Source: Octopus sinensis (lineage: Eukaryota). From it: a DNA stretch of 64,000 nucleotides. Positions within the stretch are counted from its first letter, which is position 1; each line of letters opens with the position of its first letter. The DNA lies in the NCBI RefSeq assembly GCF_006345805.1, contig NC_043012.1, forward strand, positions 31,496,001 through 31,560,000, written 5' to 3'. Positions 38,551 through 53,110 of the stretch are shown one piece after another. The notes under the pieces were generated by a model, which was not told the origin of the DNA, ran no database searches, and worked only from the letters and a program-made list of their open reading frames with translations. Made by a program: the position numbers and the translations under genes.

Positions 38551-40663
38551 TATATATATCTATATATATATATTATATATATATATATCTGCTAATGGAG
38601 GAAAAAATATTCAGTTTTGTGTATGTGTGTACATATATACGTACATACACATGCACACAAACAAATATATATATATATATATATACATATATATTATATA
38701 TATATATATATATATATTTAGCTGAAAAAAGGGGTTAAGAGTCCATACAAATCAAAGATTATTGTTAAAAAAGTAAATAATGTTGGAAAAGGCACAAAAG
38801 TATATTTTCGAGAATGCTTAATATTTTTGTTCCAGTGAGTGATGCAAAATATAACCGGTTTCGATGTATTCATCTTACCAAATATTAAAAAGAATTTTTT
38901 GGTAGTCAAAGAGAAAAAAATTAGGGGTTAACAGTTTGTACCCATGTTTAAGTTCTTAGTGAAATTTTATTTTAGAGTTATTCCCTTAAATATGTTTTAT
39001 CTTTGTAGGTTTGGGGTGGGCTTCAAGAGTTCCATGTTTCAGGAATTCTGTTGAAAAGAGGTCTTTTAAATTGAACAAGAAGCTTCTATTCAGGTTGCGG
39101 TCAGCTGTGTGCGTATGTGTGTGTGTGTGTGTGTGTGTGTGCATCTGTGCGCGCGCGCGCGCGCGTCTGTGTTTGGAATATATATTGTCAAAATATTTTT
39201 CTTTTTTTCTTTTTTCTATTGAGAGAATATGGCTGAGTGGTTAAGCGTTTTTTTCCTAAGGATGGTCATTCAAAGACTTTGGGAGGAATTATTTTCCAAT
39301 TTGCCTTGCTGTGTGTGTTTGTTGTTTTGTCTGAGTGACTGTGTGGGTGTGTATGCGTGTGTCTATGTATGTGTGTTGTCAGGTATGACTAGCTGTGTGT
39401 GTGTGTTTTGGGATATATTGTCAAAGAATTTTTCCAATCTTCTTTTTTTCTATTGAAAGAATATGGTCAGTAGTTCTGGCCAGCTGTGGTGTTTGTGTGT
39501 ATGTGTGTGTGTTGGCTTTGTTTTTTGGAAATATGTTTTGTATATTGTATGAGTGTGTTATAGTTGCGTATGTGTGTGTGTATGTGACAGATCCTTATTT
39601 GTTAAAGAGTTTCATGTGTGTGTGTTTGTTATTTGTAGTGTGTGTTGTCTTGTCTGTGTGTGTGTGTGTGTGTGTATTTTTCGTGGTGTATGTGTGTTTT
39701 TTGTTGTTTGGTGGTGTAAATTGCGTGCATCTGTATGAGCATTTTTTTTGTTTTTAGGAAACATGTTCTGGAATTTGTGGTGTGTGTGTTTATGTTACGT
39801 GTTTTTGGTTTATGGGAATGTTTTGTGTGTGTATGCGTGTTTTTATGTGTGTATTTGTGTGCGCGTGTTTATGTGTGTACACTGTTTAATATACAGGGAT
39901 CTAGTTAAACTGATTCACAAAATACACATCTTTTAAAAGGAAGTAAAAGATCTGAAAATCGGCTATAATAATGTAGTTTTCCAGTCTTATTTCTATGAAG
40001 GTATGATGTTGTGGAGAAAAATTGGAGGAACAGTTACAGAGGTTTAAAAGTTGAAAAAAAAACTGTGCTCTTTTAACCAATAGGGAGGCGCTTAGCGGAG
40101 CGGTGTCGACTTTAAGGTTGTAACCTGTGAAATTTATAGTTTAGCGTCTGTAAAATGACCTGCTCATTGAAGATTTCTTAAACAGAAATACCTAATAAAA
40201 TCAACATGTACCATCTTATTGTTTCTTTCGTCTCTTCATTGATTGTATGTTTTTATTATTTAAAAAAAAATTGTTATATTAATATATTTGTCTGTATGTG
40301 TTCGCTTTATGCGTATTTCAGTATTAGGTATACCTGTCATGTATTTGTGTACATCATTAATATATAAGTGCACATGTGTGTGTGTGAAAAGGGGGCGTCT
40401 GTCTCCAAAACTCCAAAGTTGAGTAACGTTTTCATGCTTGGGTTTCTAAACTACTATAAGAATAACACCGGTCAACATAGAGTTTGTCCCAAGAAAAAAT
40501 ATACTTGTATTTTATATGGTTTTGCATGCGGAATTCAAAAATTATGTCAAATTATCTGTATCACCTACAATTTCTCTGTTCCACGATATCGCTCTCAGTT
40601 CCTGTTACGAGGACTAAATTTCGGGTAAGCTGTTGAAATGTGAAACTGACGTTTTAAGAAATA

Positions 40664-40856
40664 CTTCTATCCTGGATGCTGCGGCCAGGGCGAAATCCAG
40701 AACTTCTGCGGCCGAGCGGAACAAAATCCTGAAGTATCGCGATCTGTCGCCCAATTACGTTTTTTATCCTGTGGCGTTGGAGATGTTTGGTGGGGTCGGA
40801 CCACTGACTCCTAGATTCCTGTCTTCACTGGCAGCTCACCTAGCTGAGGTTGCACA
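40664..40856 (+). pseudogene. CRE-like non-LTR retrotransposon C-terminal endonuclease fragment
   Basis: SAAERNKILKYRDLSPNYVFYPVALEMFGGVGP..RFLSSLA resembles the AE.RK..KY...F.P.A.E..G..G motif of CRE RLE domains. Confidence 0.65.
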
Positions 40857-41929
40857 TACAAATATTTACATACCTACGACGCATACGTTTAGAAGCAATA
40901 ATGCAAAAAAAAACTTTTACTCTTTCATGCATTTCAGCCTAAAGGCTGTATTCATGTTGGGGCACCGAGTAAATGTCATCGATATTTTTGGTAGTGTAAC
41001 TCACCAACTGTTGATGACGCATTAATGGTGATTATAATTGACTAGGGAACCTCACATGATTCTGTCCATTATAACTCTGTTAGCTATTCTATCAGTCCTG
41101 GATGGAAGAAAAGACAAATAACAAATACAACTCAAGATTGAAGCTAATGCGCGTTCCCTTTTCCTGAAAATGGCATTTATGCTAATCTCATCCGTCAGTG
41201 ACTGTGGAGCAGTAGATCCTGTTTAACGTGGAACTGTCAATTTTTAGATGCGGAAATGAAAAAATTTATCGTTCCGTTTTTTTGCAAGAATAATTAACAT
41301 ATATTTAGCATTTTTATATTAATAGGCTGGTGAAGTATTGCATCTTTACTTCATGATGTTCCTTTCATAGCTCAGAAATATTTCAAACTTGTTTAGTCAA
41401 AGACGAAGGTTGGTATCTGCTTATATATCTGTAATGGCATTATACAAAATCATCCAAAAGAAAACCATTCAACTTATAGGAATTCGATTGCCAGCATTTG
41501 CTTAATCCCCCTCCCATCGCGCCTTTTAGGCTTCGGCATAAAAAAGCTTAAGTTGAACATCATCTACGTCAGAGTCTCTGGTCTGGTGACGGCATGAAAA
41601 TAACGGGGGAATAACTTGTTCTTCTCTCCCACCTAATTACTAAAAACAAACAAACCCTAGATAGGCTAATACCCAAGCTCAAGATTTATCCGAGTCAACA
41701 AACCCTTGTAACAAAATGTTCTACAATAATATTTATAGCCAAGGATTCATAACCACTTCATCATATCTATTTCCAGTTAGCTTGTACGGATCGTTGTGAT
41801 TTATATGTGTGGACCAGGATAAAAGTGTAATATGACTAACGAAGTAGAAATTCTCAGCTGATAAACTGTTGTTATGTCTTCACAAATTTATTATTAGATA
41901 ATTCATACAATTAGTGATTTATAAAATGC

Positions 41930-42200
41930 GCGAACATAATAATGATGTTACAATTCAGAACCACCGACTTTCCATCAGGGTCTAGGAAAATTGTGTTTAG
42001 CTCAAGATTCGGGCCTTTCAGAAGTATCACTGCCACGCAACTCAGCCCGGGCCGACAGAAGGAAGTATACACTTTGCTGTTAGTTTGGAAGGACACGAGT
42101 GTGTGTGAGGAATCTTGTTCTAAGTGAAGACTACCATAATTAGCCTTGAGGAATAGCGCGTTACTGGGTCTGATTTTGGACACTTGAAGTTTTAAGCATA
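41930..42200 (-). pseudogene. Possible Tx1/L1 APE endonuclease fragment
   Basis: SFCRPGLSCVAVILLKGPNLELNTIFLDPDGKSVVLN resembles the GVAVL...DPEGRLVVLD segment of L1/Tx1 EN. Confidence 0.45.
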
Positions 42201-42427
42201 CTTAAGTCATAATGACATTGGATATGTGCGTGGAGTTAAGGCCATTGCTCGGTCATTGCACTCGCTACAGCAGATGTTTGCTATCACACTGTTAAGTTAC
42301 TTCTACTGCTTAAACTATTGCAGACCACTCTTCTCCCAGACATTTCTCAATTCATGCTACATTTTGGAACATCATTTTCTGGTCGCTACAGTTTTCACAT
42401 TCATAGCGAGCAGACACTTTTTTCTGT

Positions 42428-42643
42428 TACTCATTTACTCTTTTTCTTGCTTCAGCCATTTGTGTGTGCCCATGCTGGAGCACCGCATTTAGTCGAGTAA
42501 ATCGACCCCTGAACTTATTCTTTGTAAGCATAGTACTTATTCTATCGGTCTCTTTTGCCGAACCGCTAAGTTACGGGGACGTAAACACACCAGCATCGGT
42601 TGTCAAGCGATGCTGGGTGGACAAACACAGACACACAAACACA

Positions 42644-42679
<36 letters not shown>

Positions 42680-42872
42680 ACACACACACACACACATATA
42701 TATATATACATATGTACGAAGGGCTTCTTTCAGTTTCCGTCTACCAAATCCACTCACAAGTCTTTGGTCGGCCCGAGGCTATAGTAGAAGACACTTGCCC
42801 AAGGTGCCACGCAGTGGGACTGAACCCGAAACCATGTGGTTGGTAAGCAAGCTACTTACCACACTGCCACTC
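42428..42872 (-). mobile_element. SINE family B
   Basis: High similarity to 21092-21482. Confidence 0.9.
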
Positions 42873-44419
42873 CTTCTCGGTAACAAGCAGCATCAATTTA
42901 TGTCGTAGAACAAATACCATACGATAGAAATTCTTGATTTATGAAAATGATCTCTGCTCCTGGCCTGGAGCAGAAGGGGAAATGATCTAAGGATTCAAGA
43001 TTTTCGCCAAAACTAGAATGCCATTAAGGAAAAGGGCAGGCTTATTGTCTTGAGATAAGAGGACAATCGTATGATACGTGTTTTTGCCTCAACAGCCTTC
43101 ATGAGCACGACGACTGTTCGACCTTATCTCTAGTGGGCAAAGAACTTAGACTTACTCAAAACAAAAGAGAAATCAATAAGGCTTAGGCCCGTCCTTTGTT
43201 GTTTAGTAGTCTTTGTCTTTCTTTTACGCCCGTGGGTTGACCACTGGTTCGTTTCACAGTAATATATATATATAATACTTTTTGTTGTGTTGCTGTAGTC
43301 ATCGTTCTTGTTGCTGTTATCATTGTCTTTGTTGCTGCTTTTGTTGATGCTGTTGTTGTTACTGCTGTGGTTGCTGCTGCTACTGGCACTCCGTCGCTTA
43401 CGACGATGAGGGTTCCAGCTGGTCCGATCAACGGAACAGCCTGGTCGTGAGATTAACGTAGTTCTCAGGCAGATTCAGCATGATACAGAAGGCGACAAAG
43501 CTGGCCCTTTCAATTACAGGTACAATTCCTTTTTGCCAGTTGAGCTGACTGAGGCAGCGTGAAATAAAGTGTCACAACGCGTCACCGGTTTTCGAACTCA
43601 CGACCTTACGATCATGAGCTGATTACTCTAACCACTAAGCCACGTATCTTTATGTGGCTTAGTGGTTAGAGTATTCTGCTCACGTTGCTTCTGTTGCTGT
43701 TGTTGTTGTTGTTAAGCAACAAGACGGGTAAGGGTGATTAGGTGATGGTGTAGGGTTTAGGGGCGGGAGACCCCAGACCTTAGAAAAAAAAACTTTGGTC
43801 GTCTTGTAGTCAAGGGCTCTTCGTTGACGCCCGACACCACTGGGAGGTGGCCCTCGAAGTCGCTGGAAATGGAGATCTCCAGGTCCAAATTCTTGAACGG
43901 CTGCTGCTGCTATTGCTACTACTAATTCCCGTTCCTGTGAAATTACGCTCAGTACGTCAATAAGAAGTGGTCAAAATGTTAAATCACTCAGGCTGTAGAA
44001 TATTTTTCTCCTCTCATTGGTTCATCTGCGAATCCATTTTGCCTCCTGCCACTGCGAACATTATGATGGTCTTATTGAAATCCATTATTTTTTTTAAAAG
44101 AAAATATGAATTCAGAAAACCACAGAATTTTAAATGAAAATTCAACCCCATGCGCGGGCTGTCATCAGATTATAAAAAAACAGCAATAAAAAACAGAAAG
44201 CAAATACACGCATTTGAATGTCAGTTTGTTAACGTAATTAACAAGGAAAAAATAGCAGATCCCGTTTAGAGCAACGGCAACAAAAGCATACGAAGAAAAC
44301 ATCCCGTGGTGTCGAAGGGTAATGCCAATGGTAATGATGATAATGATGATGATGATGATGATGATGACGACAACGACAATGATGTTGAACATGAAGATGA
44401 TGATGATAAGAAGAAGAGC

Positions 44420-44470
<51 letters not shown>

Positions 44471-44516
44471 TATTTCTATTAAAGGTACAAGACCTGAAGT
44501 TTTGAAGAGCAAGCAC

Positions 44517-45213
44517 TAAGTACAAACTACATAAAATACAGAATAGGCAACACATCAGAAAGTGATAAGTGCAGAATCTGTGGACAAAACGGTGAAACCG
44601 TATGACATATTACCAGCCAATGTGCGCCACTAGCCCAGAAGGAATATAAGACACGCCACGACAATATAGCCAGGCTTGTCCATTGGAGACTTTGCAACAA
44701 GTATGGACTTGACAGAGCAAAAAATCGGTACGACCACAAACCTGAAGGCACCGTCGAAAATAGAAATGCAAAGATCCTATGGAATTTTATGATTCAGTGC
44801 GACCATAAGATACAGAATAGAAAGCCAGACATAGTCTTAGTCAAGTAAGAAAACAAACTATGCTGGATCATAGATATAGCATGCCCAGCTGACAACAAGG
44901 TATGCGATATGAAAGAAAGAAAAGTCGAGAGATATGACAGGTTAGCTTGGGAAGTTAAGCAGTTGTGGTCGATGAAAAACGTAGCAGTAGTACCAATAAT
45001 TGTCGGAGACCTGGGAACAATGAGCAAAACTTTCAAGAAGTACGTAGAACAAATAGGGGCTGCAATAAGGGTGGAGCACTTACAGAAAACAGCACTGCTT
45101 GGAACCGCTCGAATACTCTGGAAGGTGCTCGAAAAATAAGAGGCGCTACCTTAGTTCACTGGTAGTGAATAGCTGACACTGTAATACATCTCCACCGTTA
45201 GAAGCTGAGAAAA

Positions 45214-45216
<3 letters not shown>
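44517..45216 (+). mobile_element. R4/Dong-clade non-LTR retrotransposon 3' fragment
   Basis: CRIC-x8-H-x4-C knuckle, EYKTRHDNIA, RKPDIVLV, IIDIACP (PD-(D/E)xK RLE), LQKTALLGTARIL; short 3' UTR running into (TAA)n at 45217-45282. Confidence 0.85.
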
Positions 45217-45280
<64 letters not shown>

Positions 45281-45588
45281 TTTTCTGCTATAGGTACAAG
45301 GCCTGAAATCTTTTCGGGGAGAGAGTACTCGATTACACCGACTCCAGTGCTTGACTTGTACTTGATGGAATTTGATGGAATTTGAAATCAGACCGTAAAG
45401 ACGGACGAAATGCCGCTAAGCTTTTTGCCCGTCTTGCTAACGATTCTGCCAGCTCGCCGCCTTAATAATGGTTTCAAATTTTGGTTGAAGGAGATGAGAC
45501 AATTACATCGACCTCAGTTTTCAACTGCTATTTATGTTATCGACCCCGAAAGGATGAAAGGAAAATGATAATAATAATAATGATGATG

Positions 45589-45634
<46 letters not shown>

Positions 45635-45679
45635 TAATCTTTTCTACTCTAGGCATAAGGCCGAAATGTTTTTAGGTGG

Positions 45680-45848
45680 GAGCCAGTCGATTAGGTCGAC
45701 CCCAGTGCGCAATTGGTACTTATTTTATCGACCCTGAAATGATGAAAGGCAAAGTCGACCTCGGCGGAACTTGAACTCAGAACGTAACGGCAGACAAAAT
45801 ACCGCTAAGCACTTCGTCCAGTGTGCTAACGTTTCTGCCAGCTCGTAT
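45680..45848 (-). mobile_element. SINE family A-related copy
   Basis: Reverse complement of the GAGCTGGCAGAAACGTTAGC...GAGGTCGACTTTGCCTTTCAT core. Confidence 0.8.
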
Positions 45849-45849
45849 C

Positions 45850-45919
<70 letters not shown>

Positions 45920-47229
45920 GATTGAGAACACCAGAAACATTTAAAAGGAGAGAACATTGTAGAAACGTAATTACAAAGAACACTGGTACATGTAATATGG
46001 AAGAAAGCTGTCGTTTACCTGTCTCTAGAAATATCCAATGTCCATTAAGTTACTAGAATATAGCGTATAAAATTTGAGGAGAAATAACTCAGACCTAACT
46101 GCAATCCCCAGCAGACCAGCTAATCTAAAATATTCCCGAAGAAAAAAAAGGAAATCAGGAATCGAAACAGAGTTCTTAAAAGAAAGTTTTAAAATACAAG
46201 TGACGATCACAAAAGCAAAAAGTAAAACCATTTAGGACATAAATCCTGAATATATAACTGGTATGTGCATAACAAAGTAAATAAGAAAACACAATAATAT
46301 AAAACTTCTAGAGTGCCAAATGAAAACTTATGAAATCGACTCAGTATAATACAAATTACAAGTATAATACAAAATAAGAAGGACAATGAGAGAGGTCTAA
46401 GAATAAGTAATTTGAAAGTTGAAATTTATGAGCAAGGAAGTACAAATATTTAAAGAATTCAAGACAGTAGATCAGCATATAGGTCAATGAAAATACCTGA
46501 AAAACATGATGCTTAACGGTAATATAGCAACACAGTTAAAAAAAGCGCAAAACTAGGCATCATTAGCATAATGTAAATCGATGCGAGTATCGATATCTCC
46601 AGTTTCAAAGAAATACTACATGCTGTAGTCACTGAAGGATTCTGGTTACTCCTGTAGCTGTAATCAGGGAGAAATATCGAAACCTAATGAATTTTAAAAA
46701 GAATATGCAGATAGAAAAAAATTGGAGGAAGGAACGTTGTTATCTTTAATGAATTCGTATTGAAATAACACAAAAAAGTAACAAATACTATAGAAATATG
46801 TGTTTAAAATAGGAAGTCTACGATACCAAAGACAGTCAAGAAAAAAATGGCGTTAAATAAGTCGATATTAAAAGGGATAACAGATATTTGAGCAAGCCAA
46901 ACACCTCGATTCCAACCTGGAGCAATTTTATCAGGATCTAAGTAAAAATAAAACGAGGAAGAGAAGCAGAAGAATTCTTGAAAGAAATATTAGGAGTCAA
47001 GAATTCACTGGAGGCAAGGCAATTCAAAATAAGAAACATGGCATCTAAATAATGGTGGGAGGTCATTACAGCTGAGGAAGTTGCCCCAACGGCAAAACAA
47101 TTTAAGAATAAGAATAACAAGACAACTAGAAAGCACTAAGATATGATAAGATACCAAAGTTGTTAAAATACGTAAAAAGGACGCTGAAAGTGTAACCATA
47201 AACGTGTAATAAAATATTGAAGAGGCGAG

Positions 47230-47600
47230 AGACAACGCTTGACTGGTTCACTCTGGGGGTAAAAATAATTTTTATCACTGGTAATAAAGAAAAAGTAAAT
47301 CTAGAAATAACAAACCTATAACCTATACTCCTACAACCTTCAAATCTTTAACTCTAATAATAATATCACAGAGAATAAAATAAACAACCTGTATCCAGAA
47401 GAACAGGAGCGATGCTGTAAAGGCTCAAATGGCTGTAAAGATCAAATATTCAACATGAAAGTTATCATCCAAGGTTGCTAGAAGAGAAAGATGGCTCTGT
47501 GCACTGCAAGGATTAAATTACAAGAAGCCATTTCGCAGTCTTTCTCGAGTGGATTTTGGAAACATTATAAATAAATAAAACCAAATGATTACAAGGAGAT
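47230..47600 (+). pseudogene. Highly decayed R4/Dong-like RT fragment
   Basis: LYPEEQERCCKGSNGCKDQI...NYKKPF resembles EQKGCR.GSRGCKDQL...IDYKKAFD; possible continuation (NWLRSAGLK) at ~49725-49765. Confidence 0.5.
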
Positions 47601-47861
47601 CCATTCAAACAGGTAAACAATTCTGCATCTACAAAGGAAAGAGGGAAGTAGTATAATGAGTAGCCTCATCTCAGTTAGAACTGAATATTCTACACGGACT
47701 TTATTTCACTAATCTTTTTCTACTTGTTACATTGTAGATAAGTATTTGTTCAGATGCAGGAGTACTTTCGCAGTTATTAAACGGATTTACCGAAGAAATT
47801 GTTATGGATTCAAATTCTGAAAATACTCCAAAGCAACCTTGAAGACAAGAAGATTAACGAC

Positions 47862-47906
<45 letters not shown>

Positions 47907-48536
47907 GTCGTTAATCTTCTTGTCTTCAGGTTGCTTTGGAGTATTTTCAGAATTTGAATCCATAACAATTTCTTCGGTAAATCCGTTATAACTGCGAAAG
48001 TACTCCTGCATCTGAACAAATACTTATCTACAATGTCACAAGTAGAAAAAGATAGTGAAATAAAGTCCGTGTAGAATATTCAGTTCTAACTGAGATGAGG
48101 CTACTCATTATACTACTTCCCTCTTTCCTTGTAGATGCAGAATGTTACCTGTTTGAATGGATCTCCTTGTAATCATTTGGGTTTATTTATTTATAATGTT
48201 TCCCAAATCCACTCGAGAAAGACTGCGAAATGGCTTCTTGTAATTTATCCTTGCAGTGCACAGAGCCATCTTTCTCTTCTAGCAACCTTGGATGATAACT
48301 TTCATGTTAAATATTTGATCTTTACAGCCATTTGAGCCTTACAGCATCGCTCCTGTTCTTCTGGATATAAATAATATAAATAATATAAATATATTTATAT
48401 ATAATATAATATAAATAATATAAATATATTTATATATATAATATATATATATATATATATTATATATATAAATATATAATATAAATAATATATATATATT
48501 CATATATACATACGTGTATGTACATATATCTATACG

Positions 48537-48648
<112 letters not shown>

Positions 48649-49802
48649 ATGCGTAAGTGGGCACAGGACGTCAGGAAACGTGTACACGGAACATGAACTA
48701 TTCTTTCGAACAACGAAAGACACAAAAGGAAAACAAAACAAGCAACATAAAGAGCGACCCTTCATCAGTTGTTGGCTGTTTTTCTAGTCTCGTATTTCGG
48801 GGAAAAACAAACAAAACAAAACAAAAGATAAAACAACCAAAACGCATAGACAGAAGAATTCCATCTAACACTGATTTATAAATGTTTAAAAACAAAAGAA
48901 TATATAAAATGTTGAAAAGAAATATAAGACGCATTAGATTAATATTTAAAATAGTGAAACAATGCAAATATATAACAGAAAAGGGAAGAGAACATAAAAA
49001 CAAAGGTAACAAAAGAAAGATGCGGCAGTATTGTATCCATCCTGACAGTTATGATATTTTGAATCAGCTGCTCTACGAACAAACAAGACTTGACAGTACA
49101 AGAAATATAACGGTTGCATTTAGAAAACCTCATTCAAATTCTGACGTATTATTACTTCTAAATTTTGGCACAAGACCAACGGTTTTGAGGAGGGCATGTG
49201 TCGATTACATCGGCCCCAGTCCTCAACGGGTACTTATTTTATCGTTCCCGAAAAGATAAACGACAAAGTCAATCCCGGAGGAATTTGAACTGAGAATGTG
49301 AAAACATACTAAATGCCGCTAAACATCTTATTCGGCGTGCTAACAGTTCTGCCGATACGCCGCCTTCAATTCTGACATAATATCAGATTTACCGCGAATG
49401 CAGGGAGATGGGATGCTATTATAAAATACTAAAAATTGGACGGCTAAAATATCCAGTAAAAATAATGGTAAACCAATGCCGATAACAAAATAAGAGCGAA
49501 ACAAAAATCTGATTCTACTTGGAAGAAACTAAGTAATTAGAGACTGAAAATACTGACAGTAACTGGATAAAAGGGGAGACATCGATCGAAATCGCGAGAA
49601 GGTTTAAAAGTTTGCTAAAGTCAGGTTCCAGCATTCTATACTGAAGCGACGCAAGAAAAGTCCCCTATATGGCTAATACATGAAAAAAGTGAGTGAGGTG
49701 GAAATAGACAAAGTAAACTGGCAAAATTGGCTACGAAGCGCTGGACTCAAAACTAGGTTTAAAGGTTTTTTTTAATTGTAGCATAATTGTACCCGAATTC
49801 TT

Positions 49803-49966
49803 GAGGGGCTGTGTGGTAAGTAGCTTGCTTACGAACCACATAGTTCCGGGTTCAGTCCCACTGCGTGGCACCTTGGGCAAGTGTCTTCTACAATACCCTC
49901 GGGCCGACCAAAGCCCTGTGAGTGGATTTGGTAGATGGAAACTGAAAGAAGCCCGTCGTATATATG

Positions 49967-49999
<33 letters not shown>

Positions 50000-50210
50000 T
50001 TGTGTGTCTGTGTTTGTCCCCCAGACATCGCTTGACAACAGATGCTGGTGTGTTTACGTCCTCGTAACTTAGCGGTTCGGCAAAGAGACCGATAGAATAA
50101 GAACTAGGCTTACAAAGAATAAGTCCTGGGGTCGATTTGCTCGACTAAAGGCGGTGCTCCAGCATGGCCGCAGTCAAATGACTGAAACAAGTTAAAGAGT
50201 AAAAGAGTAA
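49803..50210 (+). mobile_element. SINE family B
   Basis: Full head-to-tail match to the other copies. Confidence 0.9.
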
Positions 50211-50394
50211 ACATGTAAACAGAACACAGTAACTGTAGATTATGCAGAGATGGCAAAGAAACAATTGGCCACATCGTTTCTGACTGCCTACTTGCTTGGG
50301 AGACGAAAGCATTCCAACTATGGGCATGATTGAGTTGAGGCTTACACAGGAAATTATGACAGCATTATTAAATATTAACAATAAAGAGGTGGTA

Positions 50395-50909
50395 TAGTCA
50401 CAGTCCAGAAGGGATCCTTTTAGGAAATTGTTTTGTCTTGGTATAAAAGATGGGCTACAGCAAATATTCTGCTCAATACCACAGATTTGCTTGTCAGTTG
50501 TTTGACTTTAACCAGTTGAGCATGTCCCTTAGTGGCTGACGATATGTGCTTCTCTGATCACGAGCAGAAGTAGTGGGGGAGCATCATAGCCATGTGTTGA
50601 GAGGGATTCTTTGGGGTTTGAATAATTCACCTCTGGAAACATGGGTGTTTCGTTCAACATCCTTAAACAACCCTTATTCAGGGACCTTTCGAGTGGGATG
50701 GGTTACTCGACCTGAAGAAAATTCTAACTGGGCCCCACCTGCAAGGTCATATGCTGTTTATTTTGATATGAGATCACCATGTCGCGCACATATGGTTGTG
50801 ATGCATGTGCCTAATGTACCCTTATCAGACGGGTAGTCATGATGGGTATACTGGGCTTCGTATATTTTACCCCAGTGTCACTTTGATGGCATGCACTGCT
50901 CTCTCACTC

Positions 50910-50910
<1 letters not shown>
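50395..50910 (+). mobile_element. Interspersed repeat ending in (AAT)n (SINE-like)
   Basis: Partial second copy at ~59607-59772 (CAAATATTCTGCTCAA...TGGCTGAC...GTAGTGGGGGA.CATCATAGCC); tail CTCACTCAATAATAAT. Confidence 0.7.
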
Positions 50911-50943
<33 letters not shown>

Positions 50944-52370
50944 GTAATAATAATAATAATGATGATTAATCCGTTTATTGGCCACAAGGGCTAACAAAAA
51001 TCAATTAAAACATAAAGGGACAAAACAAAAAATCCGTGTAAAAAATGTGCAATAACAACGAAAATAAGTAACAACTAAAACTCCCAATAGGGGAAGGCGC
51101 TTCGAAAGTTTACTCGTGGGAAAACCCATAAATGCCACGGGAGTAATAATAATAATAATAATAATAATGATATTTTAAAATATTTTTTAGACATACGTCC
51201 AGCTGCTTTGAGGGTAGGGGACTAGTCGATTACAACGATCATAGTACTTGATTACTACCTATTTTATGGACCTCGTAAGGACGAAAGGTTAAGTTGGCTT
51301 TTGTAAGATTCGAACTCAGAACATTAAGGGAGGGACTGAAAAGCACACGGCGTTTTGCGTGATGCTTTAGGTTTCTGCCAATAACAATAATGATAATGTT
51401 AATTTGAAGCCGGTACAAAACTATTTTATGTGGGGTGAGGTGGCAGCTAGACGATTGAAGCTATGCCAACGTAATACTGTTAATAGTTTTATTTAAAAAA
51501 AAACTGATATATGCAGTACTTCTCTCTCTCTCTCTTTCACTGACTTTGGCACACACACGAACACATTGTCTGTGTCTCTCTTTCTCCCCTTGGTATTTCA
51601 ATTGCCGTCTTCTCAGTTAAAACTGTTTCATTTAAATCTTTATCAATTTATGCAAGGTGAAGATCCAACATGGCCTTAGCTATTGTAGCTAAAACGAACT
51701 ATAGAATTAAATAACATAGCAATATTTGCTTATTCATTCCTTTATATGAACTAAAGAGAAGAAATTACGTCATCTCTGGATTTAAGTTCCGCTGGAATCA
51801 GAATATGTTATATGTTTACATTGGGAAAGCAATATTCCAATATTTCCAAATTTGTCAATATAAACCAAAAATTGTATTCCGCCGAATTAGAGATAAACTG
51901 CTAAATATATTGGGAAAATACAGCCTAATAGCTTTTGTTTTCTAATGGAAATCTCTATATCTTGCGGCAGAAGCATAATTTGTAAAGGAATAGATAATAT
52001 ATCAAAATACAAGAACTTCCAGAATGAAAGATGCTAACATGAGCAATACTAATCAGTGTTTTGTGGTAAGTAATTAAAAAATGTATGAAGACAAATATAT
52101 AAACAATAGCATAGTCTATATCATAGCACAGATTCACAAATATACACTTCTCATTTCATCAGATATTCTCTGTATAGGCCACATACAATGCAATAAAAGC
52201 AGGACGTCAACTACAAAGCATAGTCATAACAGCTGATAAAATTTAATATAAACAGAAAATTTAATGGTATTTCCGCAAAATTAATAACAAAACATGCATT
52301 GTACTCATCCGAGGAATATAGAGATTACAAGACCTGATAATCATTAATAACGTTGGTTTTCTCAAATATA

Positions 52371-52420
<50 letters not shown>

Positions 52421-52694
52421 ATACGAGGCTAATTATTATTAATCGACATCAGTATATTATTAGAGTTTAGTTTATCGATTACAGAGGAATAGAGGGAAAA
52501 CTATCGTTGTTGAAATTATGGAGATGGTATACAGCTGACAATACATACATAGATACATACATACATACTTACGATATAGATCCAATCCATCACTGGGACT
52601 GTAAAAATTTGCAAAACTTTCTAGAAGTTTATCATGAGCATGTCTAGACACTTAAATGATAAACTATATGCATTAGGATACATAAATAAAACAA

Positions 52695-53110
52695 GGCTGT
52701 GTGGTAAGTAGCTTGCTTACCAAGCACATGGTACCGGGTTCAGTCCCACTACGTGGCACCTTGGGCAGGTGTCTTCTACTATAGCTTCGGGCCGACCAAA
52801 GCCTTGTGAGTGGATTTGGTAGACGGAAACTGAAAAAAGCCCGTCGTATATATGTATGTGTGTGTGTGTGTGTGTGTGTATGTGTGTGTGTGTGTGTTTG
52901 TGTGTCTGTGTTTGTCTCCCCCACATCGCTTGACAAACGATGTTGGTGTGTCTACGTCCCTGTAACTTAGCGATTCGGCAAAAGAGAGCGATAGAATAAG
53001 TACTAGGCTTACAAAGAATAAGTCCTGGGGTTGATTTGCTCGACTAAAGGTGGTGCTCCAGCATGGCCGAAGTCAAATGACTGAAACAAGTAAAAGAGTA
53101 AAGAGTAGAG
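52695..53110 (+). mobile_element. SINE family B
   Basis: Full match to the other copies. Confidence 0.9.
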
